The notes under the pieces were generated by a model. It saw nothing but the letters and a program-made list of their open reading frames with translations, searched no databases and was not told where the DNA came from. Shown here piece by piece: positions 20,834-24,296 of a stretch of DNA of 24,296 nucleotides. The position numbers and the translations under genes were made by a program. The stretch covers positions 1-24,296 of the forward strand of contig VJWM01000387.1 in the NCBI GenBank assembly GCA_010909165.1, in the 5' to 3' direction. Every line of letters starts with the position of its first letter. The first letter of the stretch is position 1. Origin of the DNA: Anthoceros angustus. Taxonomy: Eukaryota; Plantae; Anthocerotophyta.

Positions 20834-22438
20834 CTCATGTGTTACCACGGCCTCGACGCTATCGCCCTCTCCTGGATTTCATCACAACCTCTTCTACGAA
20901 CTGGACGCACGCCAACCATGTCTTGTAGGAGGAAATAAACGAACTCTACATCATCGAGGATAATGATCATGGGGGTTAGGACTGGTGGTCATCGGTTTTA
21001 AGCACCTTGAAGCATGGGTTTTGTTAGGACATGGTGGTGGAGGCCTTTAGGGTTTAAGTTTGTAGGTTTTATCATATCGCTTATCAGTTTTGACTTGTCC
21101 CATTTTAAGGCTATGTGTAGGCATCCCATCGGCGGTTTCTGGCACAATTTTGCAATAGCCCTCAGTTCAGCAGCGCATTGCCGCTTAGATGAATATTGGG
21201 TGAGAACCACAGAATGCATTTGAAGACTTGTCGTCGGACATGACTTCAAACAAATTGCATGCAAGAAGCTCTATGCTGACTTCCTGACTATTTAGAGTTT
21301 GGATGAGCAGTGGGGAATGGCCGTCCAGCTCCTTCAAGGCTCTTCGAATTGCAGGGGGCAGCATGATGCTTCCACTGCATTTGACAATTTGTCACCTACT
21401 TTGCCTATGTTCTTTGGCCCTTCCATCAAACTACGGGTGTGTTGTGAATTGTTGATGTTGTCCACAAGTTGAGAGGCAGAAGTCGTAGGGGTGGGTTTCT
21501 AGACTATCACACTTATTGCAAAGATTGCATGTATGAAATCAATGCAGGGCAGACTCATATGATGGGCCTGTTCGAAGCTTTTTCTAAAAGACATCAGAAA
21601 GAAACGATGTGCTCAGTGCAACGTGAAAGGAGCATCTCCTAAACTTGCCTTGCCTGGTTGTTCTTGAGGGTCAACGGTGCATCTCAAAGCAAACAACGAG
21701 AAGGATGTCTCCTACACCGTCATCGCTTCAGAGAGGTGATGAAGCGAATTTCACAAGATTCAAATCCCGCCACCAACAAAGTCTGCTACATGCACCCGGT
21801 TTCTTATTCCAACTGAAGGCGGCTTCCATGTTCCAGCAACATGCCCTCTTATTGTTTCGAGCAGGCTCGTGCTTCTTCCTGTTTCAAGGAGGATCGTGCT
21901 TCTTAATGTTTCCAGCATCGCGGGTTCCCTAACAAAACACGATTCCATTGTCCCTAGCTAAGAGGACGCGGACACGGCCATGGGCGTATGCAGGGTTCGC
22001 AAACCATGGCGTGTCGTGGCCGTCATTGCCTTCCGAAGACCATGGCATGGTTGAGGTAGGGTTTGGCAACCAGATTAGTGCGGCCGGTTAGGGGTAAAGG
22101 CGGCCATGGGATAGCATCGAAAGCTTAATCGCAAAAGGTAGAGGCGGAAGACTACTTGAACATAGTGTCCGGCTCTTTGTTTTCAAAGTTGCAAGGACAA
22201 AAATTTCAAAGCACACCCATTTTAGGAGAAAGAGTGTGTGTCCCCTTTGGTACTTGTCTGCTCTTGGCTAGGGTGCCAAAGCGTATGTTTCACCATGTGC
22301 TGTGAGAAAGCAATGCATGCGAGGAATCTAGGGTATATTCATCAAGATGCTCACCTCGCCTTGTATGGCTTTCGTGAAAAAATGCCCCATCCCTCTTTCC
22401 TCTTTTTGCCATAGTTAGGTAGAGAAGCGGGTTAGGTG

Positions 22439-22690
22439 GAAAATTATTTTTGTAAAACCTATCAATTGAACTCTACAATTTTTCTTATTTTTTGAGATTT
22501 GGGGATTTTGAATCTAAAATATTTTCCTTGTCATGATAGAGGTTTTTTATTGCTGCTTAGAGAGAGTGCTAGCCTTGAAGCCATTAAGAAGAGAAGCAGT
22601 AAAAATTATTTTTAGTAAAACCTATTAAATGAATTATGAATTTTTCCTAACTTTGAGATTTTTTGGATATCAAATTTATAAATATTTTCT
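22439..22690. repeat. Diverged AT-rich direct repeat (~90 bp x2, ~160 bp period)
   Basis: aaaattatttt..gtaaaaccta..ttgagattt..aaatattttc at ~22439 and ~22601. Confidence 0.75.
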
Positions 22691-22699
22691 TATCTTTTA

Positions 22700-23900
22700 G
22701 ATAAGAAGAACCTAATTTGGAAATCTCGGGTTCTTGATTGCATCACCGGAAATGCCATTTGGAGTGTAATACAAGCGATGCATATCATCAAGTAGTTATA
22801 TTCCTCTGCAACGGAGAATCCAGTTGCATTTGCCGGTTTATCATGTCCTAGACCTCCTAATGCAGGACAACAAGTAACCAATTTAAATGAACCCTAACTA
22901 ATGAAGATAATGAACTAAAATATTTAACTTCCTTTATTTTCTTTCTATTCACTAAACTATTCACTCTATACTTATAGATAAGTAGATATATTCATACGAA
23001 TCTAACCAACTTAACAAGGATGTGAAAAGATAATCCTCTAGCTAACCAATAAATTATAACCAATCTAAATGAACTCTAACTAATAAAGATGAATGAACCT
23101 AAACAAAAAAAATGACTTCCTTTAAGGTCTTTTTATATGAACTAAGTAGCATAAATAATAAATAGATAAGCTAAAAATATTCATACATAAACCCACACAA
23201 TTAGTACATTAACAGTTATCATCTCCAATTTGGCTGTCCAAGAATGAGGGAGCTCTTAATTAACCTCTAGCTAACTAATTAATTTAGTCAGCCAAATGAA
23301 ATCTAAATTAAACAAGATAATATAAAACTAAACAAAATATTTAACTTCCTTCATGATTTTTCTATTCACTAGAAAATTATTCTAAATAAAAAATAGACAA
23401 GTTCAATATTCATGCTTTACCTTGAACAATTAGTAGATATAACAATTATCATCTGCATACAAAGGAGATGGCCCTCAGGCACAAAAAACGGCATCCACAT
23501 TGTCATCTGGGAAGCATCCACCATCGCTCCTTTACATCCCGCAATTGCTATAACAATTGCTCCTTCTATAACAAAAACGCCGTGATTAAAACTTCTCTGA
23601 AATTTTCTGTAGAGATTGGACCGTCCTGATAGGACATGGGGCTTTCTCTGCCTGGGAAAATATTGATGAGCAAGGCACTCCAATTCCCGATTCACTATGA
23701 GGAATACAACATCTACATTTTGCAACACTCCTCAGGATCGTTGTGGCGCGACTTTCGATAGCCGATACGTACCGTGCACGATCCAATCCCATGTCGTTGT
23801 AGAAGGTCCGTTCCCGAGGGAATGGTCTACGTGTACTTTGAGCTCTGACTATCGCTGAGCGGACTTCATCGAAAGGGTTGGTCCGTGGCTCCACAACCTA
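22700..23900 (-). pseudogene. Cys-rich coding remnant in two blocks (~23900-23460 and ~22856-22700), possibly a CxC domain of a KDZ-type transposon
   Basis: GC-balanced blocks flank the AT-rich repeat array. Fragments: VAKCRCC, CLAHQYFP, CYSNCG, DKPANATGFSV and LLDDMHRLYYTPNGISGDA. Family assignment rests on motif resemblance only. Confidence 0.3.
22870..23455. repeat. Three diverged AT-rich tandem units of ~180-230 bp
   Basis: aaatgaa..ctaa..aagat..acttcctt..aatattcat-like blocks recur at ~22885, ~23067 and ~23295. Confidence 0.75.
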
Positions 23901-24296
23901 AGTGTGTGCCCCTCCACAACCGTCGGACCCGGTACATGCCGGACCTTCCACAAACCCGGATTTCTCGGTACTCACGGAGCAGGTTTGCGTGCGTTCCTTC
24001 GTCGGTCTACGTACTCTAGCGCCCGGCGCTCACAACTCTGTCGCCACAACTCCACCCCTCAACCACGCGATAACACGACCCTTCTCCCTTATCCATTCCC
24101 AGCTAGTAGTCACAACACCAACACGCCGAATCAAGACTTTGCATCTGCGCATGGAACGCCACAGCCAGAACGGGGCACAACTGGCGCATTGGCTGCGCCA
24201 GCACCAAGGTGGGGAAAGTATACTGGTGCGGGTTTGAAGACCACCCTGGTTATGCGATAGCCAAGCACAGATGCGTGATTTCGGCGGAATGATGAG

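Larger units (their letters stand above)
19322..22431 (+). mobile_element. Putative degraded TIR DNA transposon, piggyBac-like deletion derivative
   Basis: Degenerate inverted ends: tatggcataccaaagaggagagagggacggcatattttt (~19334) versus the reverse complement of ~22376-22413, tatggcaaaaagaggaaagagggatggggcattttttt; a second block pairs ~19434-19475 with ~22233-22270. TTAG lies at 19318-19321 and 22432-22435, with sharp AT/GC transitions at both ends. Internal remnants: MSCRR, LDEYW, TYCKDC, KKRCAQC. Confidence 0.45.

Overview
Eukaryotic land-plant genomic DNA. The long-insert PPR L motifs point to a fern or related seed-free plant (inference). From left to right: (1) two diverged, degraded tandem paralogs of an LRR-type gene (1-885, and ~2390-10890). 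The second is split by (2) a minus-strand Ty3/gypsy LTR retrotransposon (2532-8224) with a tRNA-Met PBS, gag-PR-RT-RH-INT order, a TCACC target duplication and a truncated 3' LTR. (3) A five-exon, signal-peptide-bearing 11S/legumin-like bicupin gene (11884-13523, minus) with RY and ABRE-like promoter motifs. (4) A ~600 bp cluster of gene fragments: an inverted cupin exon and three beta-amylase pieces. (5) A PLS-class E+ PPR RNA-editing factor gene (15296-18136). (6) A ~3.1 kb element with degenerate inverted ends, TTAG flanks and piggyBac-like transposase remnants (19322-22431). (7) AT-rich repeats and a Cys-rich ORF remnant that may be transposon-derived. Nearly every coding region carries many 1-2 nt indels, so pseudogene status cannot be separated from unpolished long-read assembly error.
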